Shown here in pieces: positions 37,801 to 49,408 of a stretch of DNA of 64,000 nt. The position numbers and the translations under genes were made by a program. Source of the stretch: Vitrella brassicaformis CCMP3155 (lineage: Eukaryota; Protista; Chromerida); contig CDMY01000290.1 in NCBI GenBank assembly GCA_001179505.1, forward strand, positions 62,001 to 126,000. Reading direction: 5' to 3'. Below the pieces are notes generated by a model, which did not search any database, was not told the DNA's origin, and worked only from the letters and a program-made list of their open reading frames with translations. Position 1 is the first letter of the stretch; each line of letters begins with the position of its first letter.

Positions 37801-39370
37801 GGGCGGCAATTCTCTGGCGGCCAGCCTGGTGGAGCAGGCAAAGCCTCAGCTGGCGGACCTAAACCGAGACGATGCCGACGGGCAGCAATGGAGCGCATCG
37901 AGACCAGAGGGTTCGACTCGTGGCGGGTCATCCGACCACAACCCCTCTCGCAAGCAGCGCCGCAGACATACGGCTCTCGCCAGCAGGAGCCCATCCACCA
38001 TCGAGGGGCGGATCGGACACCGGAGCGGCGTCAAGAGCGTCAGCTACGACAAGAGACACAACTCATGGGTGGCCCGCTGGAAGGAGGGGGGCAGCAGGAA
38101 GAGCAAGCACTTCATGGTCGAAAGTCTTGGCTTCGAGGGTGCTAAGGAGGCCGCCATCGCACACAGACGACGGAAGACGGAGCGATTGCACACGTCAGAG
38201 GGAGGGGCCAAGAGGCATGGCGACCAAGCTGACTCGAGAAGTGCCGACGATGGCGACGATCCTCTGCCCGTCAAACAGCGACAGGCGCCTCAGCTGCGTG
38301 ACGGTGGTGTGGGGGGCGGTGTGCTTCTGCACCCTACGGCTCGCCGTGACACCAACCGACCGCGGCGCCGCAGAGACGACCGATTCGAGTGCAATCCCTC
38401 ACCTGCAGACATCGAGGCCCCCAGTTGGCTGCGGGAGGGCCCACCGGCAACGCCGCCGACACACCACACGGCCAGTCGCGGCCCTCGTGTGTCGCCGGTG
38501 CAGAGGGGGCATCTGATTCGCCACTTCTACCAGCAGCTGGAGGCACTCGGCCGAGCCCATCCCGACACGCCCCTCTGTCTGCGGTTCAGGAGTGGGTCTG
38601 CCCTGCCACAGCTGGCCGTCGAGGTGGTCCTGCCCGGCACCCCAGTGCAGTCGGTGCCCCTCTCAGCGGCCACCAGGGAGGCCATGGGGGCGGCCGTCGA
38701 TGCCGCATGGGCATGCCGCCAGCAGGAGATGGACATTGACAGTACTGAGGACCAGCAGCCCATGATACACGCCCAGCGGATGGTCCTATGCCGTCTGTAT
38801 GGTCAAGTGGGTCACAACATTGGGGCGATGCTGGCGGCCGTCCCCTCTCTGAGCTTTGCGTCTATCGACTTGTTTGTGCGCCATGGGCTGCCGGCCATGG
38901 TGGGGCAGCGTGACGGCGAGGACCTCAAGGAGGCCGCCAGTCGATTCATCAAACAGCTTCACCACCTCGGTAACCAGCACACCACACCAGCCATGTCCAA
39001 GCGGCTCAAGGCGGCAGATGACGAGCAGCTGCCGAGTGGCCATCACCGGCTGGCCGATATCGACATGACGATGCGGCCACCACTCCATCAGCGCGTCAAT
39101 GACCCGCACCCACCCAATGTGCCGCAGGAACGAGATCCGAATGAGGCCGATCGCATGGCGGATGGGGAGGTGGGCGGTGGGCGGGATGGTGAGCGCGACG
39201 ACGGCAATTGCGAGAGGGAGGGCGAGATGATTCCGTTCGATGAGCTGACGAAGGGTCGGTCAGCTGGTGGAGCTGCTCAAGGCCCACCCATCACCCGACA
39301 TGCGACACTTAGCCGACAGCATCATGGTCAGCTCACCACAGACACATGTGAAGGCAGACGTGGTAAATGT
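34875..39370 (+). repeat. Segmental duplication unit 1 (promoter plus AP2 gene body)
   Basis: Aligns by eye with 42212-48448, from caggaatac through the intron motif gtgaaggcagacgt, with internal indels. Confidence 0.9.
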
Positions 39371-39985
39371 GCGTGTTGTCTTCTCTTGTGTGTGTGCAGG
39401 GATTGGAGGTCTGTCTGGCGGTGAGTTTGCTGGACATGTTGGATGACATCGACAGTGTGGCGGCGGGTGAGGACATCGGCCGCGACCTCGGCCTCCACAA
39501 GGGCATCGCACTCGTCATCATAGTGCAGCTGCGGCGCTTCCTGCAGTCACTCAAGCGGCGGGGGGCCGTCCAGTGGCCACCTGGGGATGGTGTGATGGGT
39601 GAGGGAAGCTTGGCTGCCGGTCAGTTGTGGGACTCAGGTCGTCTGGTGTCGGCCGTCGAGCGTTCGATGGGCGTCATGGCGGCCGACAAGAAGGAGCGGC
39701 ACGGCGACAAACTGCAACACGTCATCGACAATATCAAAGAGGTCAGCCGGCACACAACACACAGAATACGCACATGACTTCCGTCCGTGTCTGTCTGTGC
39801 TGTGTGTGCAGTATGGCATATCAGGCATGAGCATGTCACTGCTGGTGGAGCCGCCCCAAGACAGCGGTGCGTCTGATGACGGCAGGGTCGAGGCGGCACT
39901 CATCGATGCGGCCCGAGAGACCGTCTTTGGGGGCATATCCGACGTCGCATCTATCCGCCGCACCATCAACCGACAAGACGAATGA
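35081..39985 (+). CDS. ApiAP2-type multi-domain protein, paralogue 1 (3 canonical AP2 domains, SAM-like C-terminus); late frameshift
   Basis: AP2 domains HQSAVQGVHW..., HQSGVRGVSY...AKQAAIAHRREME and HRSGVKSVSY.... A GGTC duplication at 39254-39261 shifts the frame. Continuity at about 36320 needs a 38-nt intron. Confidence 0.8.
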
Positions 39986-40125
39986 GCCACCGATCGGCGA
40001 GGCTGATGAGCATTTGTGTGGCAAGCAATCGGTGTCCATCGCACTCTACCGGCGTCTATCGCAGTCTATCTGTCAGCGAGACGCGATAGACGAGACATAT
40101 AATGTATCGCATCTGTCCACACATG

Positions 40126-40225
40126 CGTTTTTCCGGCCATATGCGAGACATACCCGCACTTTTTTCATCTTTTTTGCTATCGCACACGGTCGTTCGGATG
40201 CAAGCATCACTCGTTCCTAGAGAGG
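40126..40225. other. Conserved non-coding block, copy 1
   Basis: 98/100 identical to 49309-49408. Confidence 0.85.
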
Positions 40226-40681
40226 AAATGGTGGGACGGCCATGGCCTGCTGATGATGTTGATGTGAGTCAGTCAGTCAGTCAATGGGAGAGACTGCCCT
40301 TGGTGTGTGCGTGTGTGTCTTTTGGGCCATGCCATGCCATGCCATGCCATGCTATGAGACATTTGCATAGCATGGCATGGCATGGTCATCACGCCTGTAT
40401 GGTCGGTCATTGTGAGACGACGGATGGTCGGTTTGGTGTGCATAGAGAAGGGAGGATGGCGTACGAACGACCTTGACAGCATATATAGCATCCATGGGAC
40501 GGGTCACCAAGCTACACACTTCCTTCCCCACAATGCCCCTCTTATCGACCCACCATCAATGCCTCTCCAATCCCCCTGTCCTGTCTGTCAGTCTGTTGGT
40601 CGAGCTACCGCCTCTTGGCCATCAATAGATAGCTAATTAACCTGCAGGTAATGAAAACACACGTGACAAGATGTCTTTTAC

Positions 40682-42129
40682 TCATGTCCCACCTCGCCCC
40701 ACATCATCGCCCCCGTGGCCATCTCCCCCGTTGTCCTGGTTGGGGTCCTCACCGTCGAATATGATGGGCGCGATGGGGCCCAGGACGGGGCGCGCCAGGG
40801 CGGTGGTGAGCGGGAAGCGGTGCTTGAAGGGCGCACTCTCAGCCACACCAGGTGCAGGCGTCTCGCTCGTCTTGACGGACACCAACACTGCAGACACACA
40901 CCTCTGTTTTCTCACGTCATGTGTCCCGTCTTCTCTGTCTGGTTTGGAAAGGCCCTCTTCTCATTATGTACCATATTCGTCATCAACGGTATCGCAAAGT
41001 TGTAGCCATGCGATGAATGGCTGGTCGTAGGCCGTCAGCAGCAGCTGCACGTGGTACATATCGGGTGCCTGGTATGCCGTCACTGCCGTGGTGCCAGCGA
41101 CCGGCTGATGGGGCGGCCGATCGATGAGGCCAGCCAACACACCACCACGAGCATCGCTGCAACACACCAACATATGAGTGTACCCATGCATGAATCGGTG
41201 TGTCCCTCGTGTCATGCTGACCGGCGGACGCTTCTCCCGACGTCCTTGACCTGTTTGTACGGCAGCAGGGTGTTGATGATGAACCCCGAGAAAGACGCAT
41301 TGGTCCAGGGACCATCAGCCGCCGACCAGCCATCGCCACTCAGTCCGATGCGATGACTGACGGGGGGGTTGTGGGGCAGGGCGTTCTGCTGGATGGGGTT
41401 GTTGGCGGGGAGGGGAGGGGTGAGGTCTATCGCATACGCGGCGTCGTCTTCAACGGCACGCAGCCCGCCGCCAGGCTGACCGAACAGCTCGACTGTGCCG
41501 TTCTTGGCGCCCACGTGGCGGCCGACCATCTTCCACTGAGCTATCACACGGGGCTGAGCCATATACGCCTACACGACACAAGGCATACACACACAGAGAT
41601 GAGTGCCGCCCACCATCCAATCCACGCCATCTGTCTGTTCTGTGTACCTGTTTGCTTTGGTGCTTCTCGAGGTCTTGCTGTGTGATGTTGACGGGCAGCT
41701 CACAGTAGGTGAGCTGACGCGCCAGCCGCAGTGCGTCGGCCACCTCGTCCCAACTCTGATCCTCAACCAAGTACATGGCCTATGTTGACACAGTGGAGCA
41801 TGCCACCCATCCCCCAGGCCATCTGTCTTCCTTCTGTGTACCTGCAGCAGCAGCTGGTCCTCCAGTTGTGCGTCATCGAACGTCAGCACAGTGTCCAGCG
41901 GCGTCCCGTCGGCAAGTGTCGTGTCGTGCAGGGCGCGGGCGAGCCGTCGGCGCAGCACGTCGGTCTCAAAGTCGACCTGCGATAGGAAGAGGGCGGTGGA
42001 TCTGAGGACGCCCAAGTCCTTGAGCTTGTGCAGCCTGTCCCGCTCTTCTCGATGGATGAAGTCCGGCTGCTGGCCGCGGATCGATGGCCAGTGCTCGTCG
42101 TTGCTTCTTCTGCTCACATTACCACCCAT
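40682..42129 (-). CDS. Lineage-specific multi-exon protein with MGxxxS N-terminus
   Basis: MGGNVS start. Exons join into ...FKHRFPLTTALARPVLGPIAPIIFDG.... No recognisable universal domain. Confidence 0.7.
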
Positions 42130-42163
42130 TTCCTTCTCAACTCAATCTCGGCTTGACGGGCCT

Positions 42164-42186
42164 AGGGTGCTGCCTGAAACCGCTGC
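42164..42186 (-). promoter_or_regulatory. Recurrent promoter motif, copy 2 (reverse orientation)
   Basis: agggtgctgcctgaaaccgctgc is the reverse complement of the motif with 1 mismatch in 23. Confidence 0.6.
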
Positions 42187-42211
42187 CCGCTAGCTCGCGT
42201 TGTGAATCTCT

Positions 42212-45200
42212 CAGGAATACGGACGTGTCCGAGTGGAATTGTGACTACCATGTCAGCGGCTTGCCTTCCTTCAGCCGAGATCTGGCGATTTTGCTGTCCG
42301 GTGCTGCACCTGGGTCACCGTCCAACGCCGCATCTGCGTCATCGCACGTCATCTGTGCGTTTGACAGCCGCCAGGGAGAGCCCATGAGCAAGCCGACGTG
42401 ACGGCAGCAGCGGAAGCGACAATGGCGAGTGAGCAGATCCATCCCCCTGGCGCCTCACCATCAGCAGCCGAGGAGGGCTCTCGGGCTCCAGCTATGCAGG
42501 CGGGCGAGGCGGCCGCACCATCAACAGAGGCGCATCAGGGCGGCCATTCATCTGTTCCTGCTCAACTGGCTCATTCGGGCCCTCAGTGTCGTGCATCAGC
42601 CAGTGGTGCAGCGGTGATCCAAACCGATCTCGGAGCAGGTGACATGGCAGCAGCACTGGCGGCCTTGTCGACTACTGGTCCATCTGCATTGGCCGCCGTC
42701 GTCAGCCCCAACCCCATCCCTGCACACCCACAGCCACAGTGGCAGCAGGGTGATCAGACCCCTCCTGCCGGCCATGATCAGACCCCTCCTGCCGGCCATG
42801 ACCTGCTGCTCAACCGCGGTGGCAAGCGGCAGAGGACCGGTCGGGGCCGCGGCCGGCGGTCGGCGGGAGAGGTAGAGGGTCAGGAAGAGTACACGCCCGA
42901 GAACGACTTGGCTGCGGCGCGGCATGAGGCGAGGGGTCATGCTGGTAGTCGTGGCGGTGCTGCGGAGGACCACCAGGCCCTCAATCCAGCCACCCACATG
43001 TCGCCCAAGGAGGAGAGCAAACACGTGAGTCAGAGAGAGGGAGAGAGAGACCACCTACATACACACACAACAACCCAATCCCGAGCACCCCGTGTGTGTG
43101 TAGATCACCGAGTGTTTGAAGGAGTATCTGCCCAAGAAGCCCAGCGGCAGGCCGGCACCCCTGGGCCTGCAGATGGTGCACAACAAGGGCGTCCGCGCCC
43201 AGCTCAACCACCCAGGCGTCGGCAAGATCCGGGGACCCACTCGCAACTTCGAGCAGTTCCAGTCAGTCCGATCCGCCTTCAAGGCCGCCTGCGAAGACCG
43301 CGAACAGGTAAGCATAAACATACACACGCACACATCCCCCCATTTCCCACGCCAATGTGATTTTCTGGTGGCTGTGTGTGTGCATCCATCAGCTTGTGCG
43401 TGACATCTGGGGTCCGAAGGGCAAGGCCCACCAGTTCCAGTTGCTGCCCGGCTGGGAGACTGTCGTCGATGACTCACACCAACCCGCCACCATCGAAAGC
43501 GACCGGGCCAAGCCGGTGCCTCAGCATGGGCCACCGCAGATCACGACAGGCGCCGCCGCCCCACAGACTCACCACCCAGACCCACCAGCACCGGGACCAC
43601 CACACGGCAGCACACTGTCACGCGAGGGGACTCCGCCACCTGCCGGCAACAGGCAGCAGACGTCGAGCCGCCAACCGGAGCTTCTTCTGGGAGCGCTGCG
43701 CAAGAAGCGGAACAAGCACCAGCCCGAGTACGAGGGTTTTGAGTTCAGTGTGGCCGACGAGGGCGACGGAAAACGGTTTATGGTGACGGCCTGGCGGGGG
43801 GAGGGGGGAGGGACCGACCGGCCGCCGGTGTGCGTGCGGGCTGACGTCACTCGTGACCACATAGGGAGGGGGTGGGACATGAGCATGCTGAGCGACCTGC
43901 TGATGGCCGTCCACAACGGCACGGCAGACAGTGACGATCGCTTTGAGAGTGTGTCTGATGTCATCGATGGCCTCGAGCGGACCGTCACACAGTGGAAACA
44001 ACCTGCTGCAGGTAAGAGACTGGAGAGGGGAAACAAGGGAGGCTGGGGGACTTTGATGCACATCATTGTGTGCGTGCTGCTGTCTTTTCGTATGTGCAGG
44101 GTTGATTGGCGTCCCTCCCCCTGTCAATGATTCACCGCCCGCCGGTGCCCCCGGTCCCTCGTCCATGACCCTCGCTGCTCCTGCTGCTGGTGGCGGTGGG
44201 TCAGCCGACCCACCTCACGATGAGCGACCCGACGACAAAGGTAGGTACCTGCAGGTGACAACCATATCAGCCGAATCGTCGATCGACACACATTCATTCA
44301 TCGTGTCCGCCCTGCGTTGCCTTCTCAGGTCTCATATCAGCCAGGAAGCCCGCCAACCAACGTGGTGGCCGCAGGCCCCGCTCCTCTGCGAGGGCGGGGG
44401 AGGAAGTGCAGCAGGGAGGCCACGGGCGTGACGAGTCCGTCGACCGCAGCCCGTCGCTGAGGCATCGCCACACACACCCTCTCGGCAGCTGCGCCCCAGC
44501 CCACGAGGAAGCACCGATGCCCGACGCCAGCGAGGGCAGCTACCAGTCAGACGTCCGTGGCGTCTTCTGGGCGAAAAAGGACAAAGCGTGGAGGGCGACT
44601 TGGTGCGAGAGGGGGGACGCCAAGAACAAGCATTTCTACGTCAAGGAGCACGGCTTCGACAAAGCAAAGGTACTAAAGACAAGAAGCACGGCGACAAAGC
44701 TAAGGGGCAAGAGACAAGAAAGAGCACAGCCCGCACACGTGATGGTGATGCTCCTGGCTTCCTTCAGGCTTTGGCCGAGCAGCATCGTCGTGAGATGGAG
44801 CGCAGCGGCCGGGCAGCAGTCAAACAGACATGCAAGCATCAGAGCGGCGTGCGGGGCGTCAACTTCGACGAGAGAAACAAGCGCTGGGTGGCCATTTGGC
44901 AGGTGGGGGGCAGGAGGAAGAGCAAGTGCTTCCCCGTCAAGCAGCTTGGCTACGAGGAGGCCAAACACGCCGCCATCAACTACCTCCGGGCCATCTTGGA
45001 GAGGCAGTCCAACACGCCCGAGCGAGCGGCGGTGCTGGATGGCGACCCGGCTGACGCGAGAAGTGCCGACGATGGCGACGATTCTCTGCCCGTCAAACAG
45101 CGACGGGCGCCTCAGCTGCGTCAGGGTGGTCTGAGGGGCGCTGCTCCTGTGGATCCCATTGCTCGCCCTGACACCAAGCGCCAGGACCGAAGAGACGGCC

Positions 45201-48200
45201 GACCCAACCGCAAGCCCTCGCCTGACATCGAGAGCCACGGTGGGCTGCGGGAGGGCCCCCCTGGTCATCTGCAGGAACATCGCACGGCCACTCATGTGAC
45301 GCCACTCCAGCGGCAGCGGCATCATAAGTCAAAAGCCGACACCCCGGGAGATGAGAGCCTTTCCCGCAGTCCCCCCAATGATGATGGTGCGATTCACTCG
45401 CCGTGCCGCCACGGGCCCCCCAGCTGCGGGCCAGGTGTGGGTGTGATGGAGGGCGGCGACCTGGCCGCTGCCCTCGTCGAGGTCCTCAGCAGCGACGGGT
45501 AGGGAAAGACAAGGGAAGACAAGAAAGGGCCAGATTTGTCACGTGTGTGCATGTGTGTGTGGGATGGTTTCTTTCGCGCAGGTCATGCGAGCTGTGTTGG
45601 CAGGACGGCAGCTTCCGTGTCCGTCTGCCGTCCTCCGAGGGGGAAGATGGCGAGGACCGCATTCTCGATGTCCCGGTGGTCGACCTCAGCTCCCGTTCGG
45701 CCGTCATCGCTGCTTTTCGCCGCGCTGTCGAGGAGCTCAACCGTCTGAGCACTGTCAGTACGGGAGAGGCCGCTGCACCCCTGGACATCAGCTGGCTCGA
45801 TGACATCAGCCCCCACGGCCCCATTCGTCCTCGGACGCGCCACCGCAGCAGCAGAGCCAGGCCCAAGCCCATGCCGCCCCCGTCTCTATCTGAGTGCCCC
45901 AGTGGCCATCCACTCGACAACAATGACCTCATGCCGCCCCACATTCAGCCTCGCCGCTGCCACAGAGGCAGGTCGTCATCTCGTGTCAGTGAGAGGCTGA
46001 GAACGGACTCGTCCAGCTCCGAGAACGAGCTGCTCATCAACCGGCCAGCAGCCAAGCGCCATCGTGAGGACTCGGGCGGCGAGAGGGAGCGCTGTGTGTC
46101 GGCGAAGCTGAGTGAGGCGGGCGGCAATTCTCTGGCGGCCAGCCTGGTGGAGCAGGCAAAGCCTCAGCTGGCGGACCTAAACCGAGACGATGCCGACGGG
46201 CAGCAATGGAATGCATCGAGACCAGAGGGGTCGATTCGTGATCAGTCATCCGACCACAGCCCCCCTCGAAAGCACCGCCGCGCTCTCGCCAGCAGAAGCC
46301 CATCCACTATCGGAGCGGCGGAACACCGGAGCGGCGTCAAGAGCGTCAGATACGACAAGAGATACAACTCATGGGTGGCCCGCTGGAAGGAGGGGGGCAG
46401 GAGGAAGAGCAAGTCCTTCTCCGTCAAGTAGCTTGGGTTCGAGGAGGCCAAAAAGGCCGCCATCGCACACAGACGGAAGATGGAGCGATTGCACACGTCA
46501 GAGGGAGGGGCCAAGAGGCATGGCGACCCGGCTGACTCGAGAGGTGCCGACGATGGCGACGATCCTCTGCCCGTCAGACAGCGACGGGCGCCTCAGCTGC
46601 GTGACGGTGGTGTGGGGGGGCGTGTGCCTCTGCACCCTACGGCTCGCCGTGACACCAACCGACCGCGGCCCCGCAGAGACGGCCGATTTGACCGCAATCC
46701 CACGCCGGCCCCCAGTTGGCTGCGGGAGGGCCCCCCTGGTGGGCTGCAGGAGCATTGCACGGCCACTCGTGTGTCGCCGGTGCAGAGGGGGCATCTGATT
46801 CTCCACTTCTACCAGCAGCTGGAGGCACTCGGCCGAGCCCATCCCGATACGCCTCTGTGTCTACGGTTCAGGAGTGGGTGTGCCCTGACCCAGCTGGCCG
46901 TCGAGGTGGTCCTGCCCGGCACCCCAGTGCAGTCGGTGCCCCTCTCAGCGGCCACCAGGGAGGCCATGGGGGCGGCCATCGATGCCGCTTGGGCATGCCG
47001 CCAGCAGGAGATGGACATTGACGGCACTGAGGACCAGCAGCCCATGACACACGCCCAGCGGATTGTCCTCTGTCGCCTGTACAGTCAAGTGGGTCACAAC
47101 ATTGGGGCGATGCTGGCGGCCGTCCCTTCTCTGAGCTTTGCGTCCGTCGACTCATTTGTGCGCCGTGAGCTGCCGGCCATGGTTGGGCGGCGTGACGGCG
47201 AGGACATCAAGGAGGCCGCCAGTCGATTCATCAGACAGCTTCAGAAGACCAATCAGCAGAACACCAGGCTGGGCTACGAGGCTGCTATGGCTGCCGCCAC
47301 CCCTCACAAACGGGCCGTGATGGAGCAGAAACCATGTGAGCATCAGAGCGGCGTGCGGGGCGTGTATTTCGACAAGGCACACAACGCATGGATTGCCAAC
47401 TGGTCGGAGGGCGGCACGAAGAAGACCAAGGACTTCTCCGTCAAAGAGCTCGGCTACGAGCCTGCCAAACAGGCCGCGATCGCGCACCGCCGTGCGATGG
47501 AGGAGAGGCACTCGACCCTCTTCGGCAGCGACAGGCAAGAGGGCGGCCAGTGTGATAAGTCTGTCAATCGCAGTCCGTCTCTGAAACACCGCTGCAGAGA
47601 CCCATCCGCCAGCAGCAGCGCATCCGCCGTCGAGAGGCGACAGAGACCCAAGGGCAGCAAGACAGCCGAGGCCACCAAGGGCAAGACGGCCGCCATCCGC
47701 AGACGTGCCGAGCATCAGTCAAAGGTCGTGGGCGTCTCCTGGGATGGGAAATTCCGGGCGTGGACGGCGTCATGGTATCCGAAGGACGGCACCAGGCAGA
47801 AGAAAAAGCACTTCAAAGTCGGAGAGCACGGCTTCGACAAAGCAAAGGTATGCAAGACCTACATGGCCTGAAGCAAAGGTGCTTATGGACCAGTCGTTTT
47901 CCTTCTCTCTCTCTCTCTCTCTCTCTCTCTTCGCCTCAGGCGTTGGCTGAGCAGCATCGTCTCGAGATGGAGCGCACCGGCCAGGCAGTGGACAGGGGGC
48001 GAGTCAAGCGCCAGAAGGGCCACCGGCTGGCATCAGCCATATTCGAGCGGCTCAAGGCGGCAGATGACGAGCAGCTGCCGAGTGGCAATGAGCCGCTCGA
48101 TATCGACGTGACGCCGCAGCGCATGAGTCGAGACGCGGCCGATGTGGTCCCGCAGACGCAGTCCCCCTCGCCAGCCAATGGCCCGCACACACCTGATGTG

Positions 48201-48448
48201 ACGCCCGATGCACGAGATCCGGCCGCTGCCCGTCGCATGGTGGATGGGGCGACGCACGGAGGACGGGATGCTGGGCATGGCGACGGCAATGGCGAGAGGG
48301 AGAGCGGGATGATTCCGTTCGATGAGCTGACGAAGGTTCAGCTGGTGGAGCTGCTCAAGGCCCACCCATCACCCGACATGCGACAGGTTGCCGAGAACAT
48401 CATGGTCAGCACACCACACTCATTTGTGAAGGCAGACGTCATAAATGT
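42212..48448 (+). repeat. Segmental duplication unit 2
   Basis: Homologous to 34875-39370, with extra exons and extra AP2 modules. Confidence 0.9.
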
Positions 48449-48927
48449 ATGTGGCCAACTGTGTGTGTGTGCGTGTGTGTGTTTCAGTTGGTTGAGAAGT
48501 ACGCGCCTCAGCAGCTGTTCACTGGTGGCGGCCACACTTTATCTGAGCCCTCGCACGCCCCGCCGCCCCCCGCCCCCAACACCGCCAAAGACCACGACTA
48601 CAGCCCCCCCATCAACACTGACAAGCCCACCACCAAGGTCAGTGTGTGCCCAGTCACACAGGCGACAGCCAACGGTGCCCTTTGTGATGGCATTGATTGC
48701 AGGTGACGCTGCGGCTGCACACGGGGGAGCAGGTGAAGCTGACCTTCAACAGCGCCATGGCCGTCAAGGAGCTGTACGCGGCGGCCTCCAAGGCGAGCAA
48801 CATCGGTGTGGCCAGCTTCCGGCTCTTCTCGTCGGCGGCTTTCCCTCCCAAGCCGCTGGACGACCAGGCGCAGTCGCTTGAGGAGGCGGGGGTGATGGAG
48901 TGCCTCGTCACGCAGAAGCTCACATGA
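42422..48927 (+). CDS. ApiAP2-type paralogue 2: five AP2 domains fused to an SHP-box + UBX tail; one in-frame TAG
   Basis: AP2 domains near 44545, 44835, 46323, 47341 and 47710. All introns are phase-compatible. TAG at 46429-46431 sits inside AP2 #3. Final exons encode LFTGGGHTL and a UBX-like domain (VTLRLHTG...FPPKPL...SLEEAGV). Confidence 0.75.
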
Positions 48928-49308
48928 ATGAATGACAGACAGACGGGGAGATGATTCATTCGTGCAGGCGAGGGAGGTGAGGCTGCTGTTTTGTGTGTCT
49001 GAGGTTTGAGAGGGGATGCATGGAGTAAGGTGTGTGTGTCGGTTGACTGACGATGGGGCCTCATAACATAACATACGCACTGACTGAGGTGTGTCGATGG
49101 AGCTGGGTGCGGTGCGGTGCGGTGCGGTGCGTTGCGTTGCGTTGCCTTTATGTATGTGCTTACTCGTGGTGTCGGCTGGCCTGGCCGGGATCTTGGATCG
49201 GTCTGTCGGTGTGGTGCCTTACCTGAATGCCTTTTTGAAGTAAAGACCATTGATAGATACCAGGTTGGTGATGCTTTGGATTGCATGCATTCGTCAGTGC
49301 CTCACATT

Positions 49309-49408
49309 CGTTTTTCTGGCCATATGCGAGACATACCCGCACTTTTTTCATCTTTTTAGCTATCGCACACGGTCGTTCGGATGCAAGCATCACTCGTTCC
49401 TAGAGAGG
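49309..49408. other. Conserved non-coding block, copy 2
   Basis: 98/100 identical to 40126-40225. Confidence 0.85.

Noticed and set aside
37223-39424. 733-aa ORF as a standalone intronless gene
   Set aside because: It starts inside an intron at a non-ATG codon; it is an internal exon of AP2 paralogue 1.
40175-40225. Helitron 3' end (palindrome then CTAG) in the conserved block
   Set aside because: Similarity between the two copies continues past CTAG, the palindrome is short, and there is no Rep/helicase or matching 5' end.
46429-46431. Stop-codon reassignment or Sec/Pyl recoding
   Set aside because: TAG ends several normal genes here (e.g. 2311, 14120, 30291, 62682), and Sec uses TGA.
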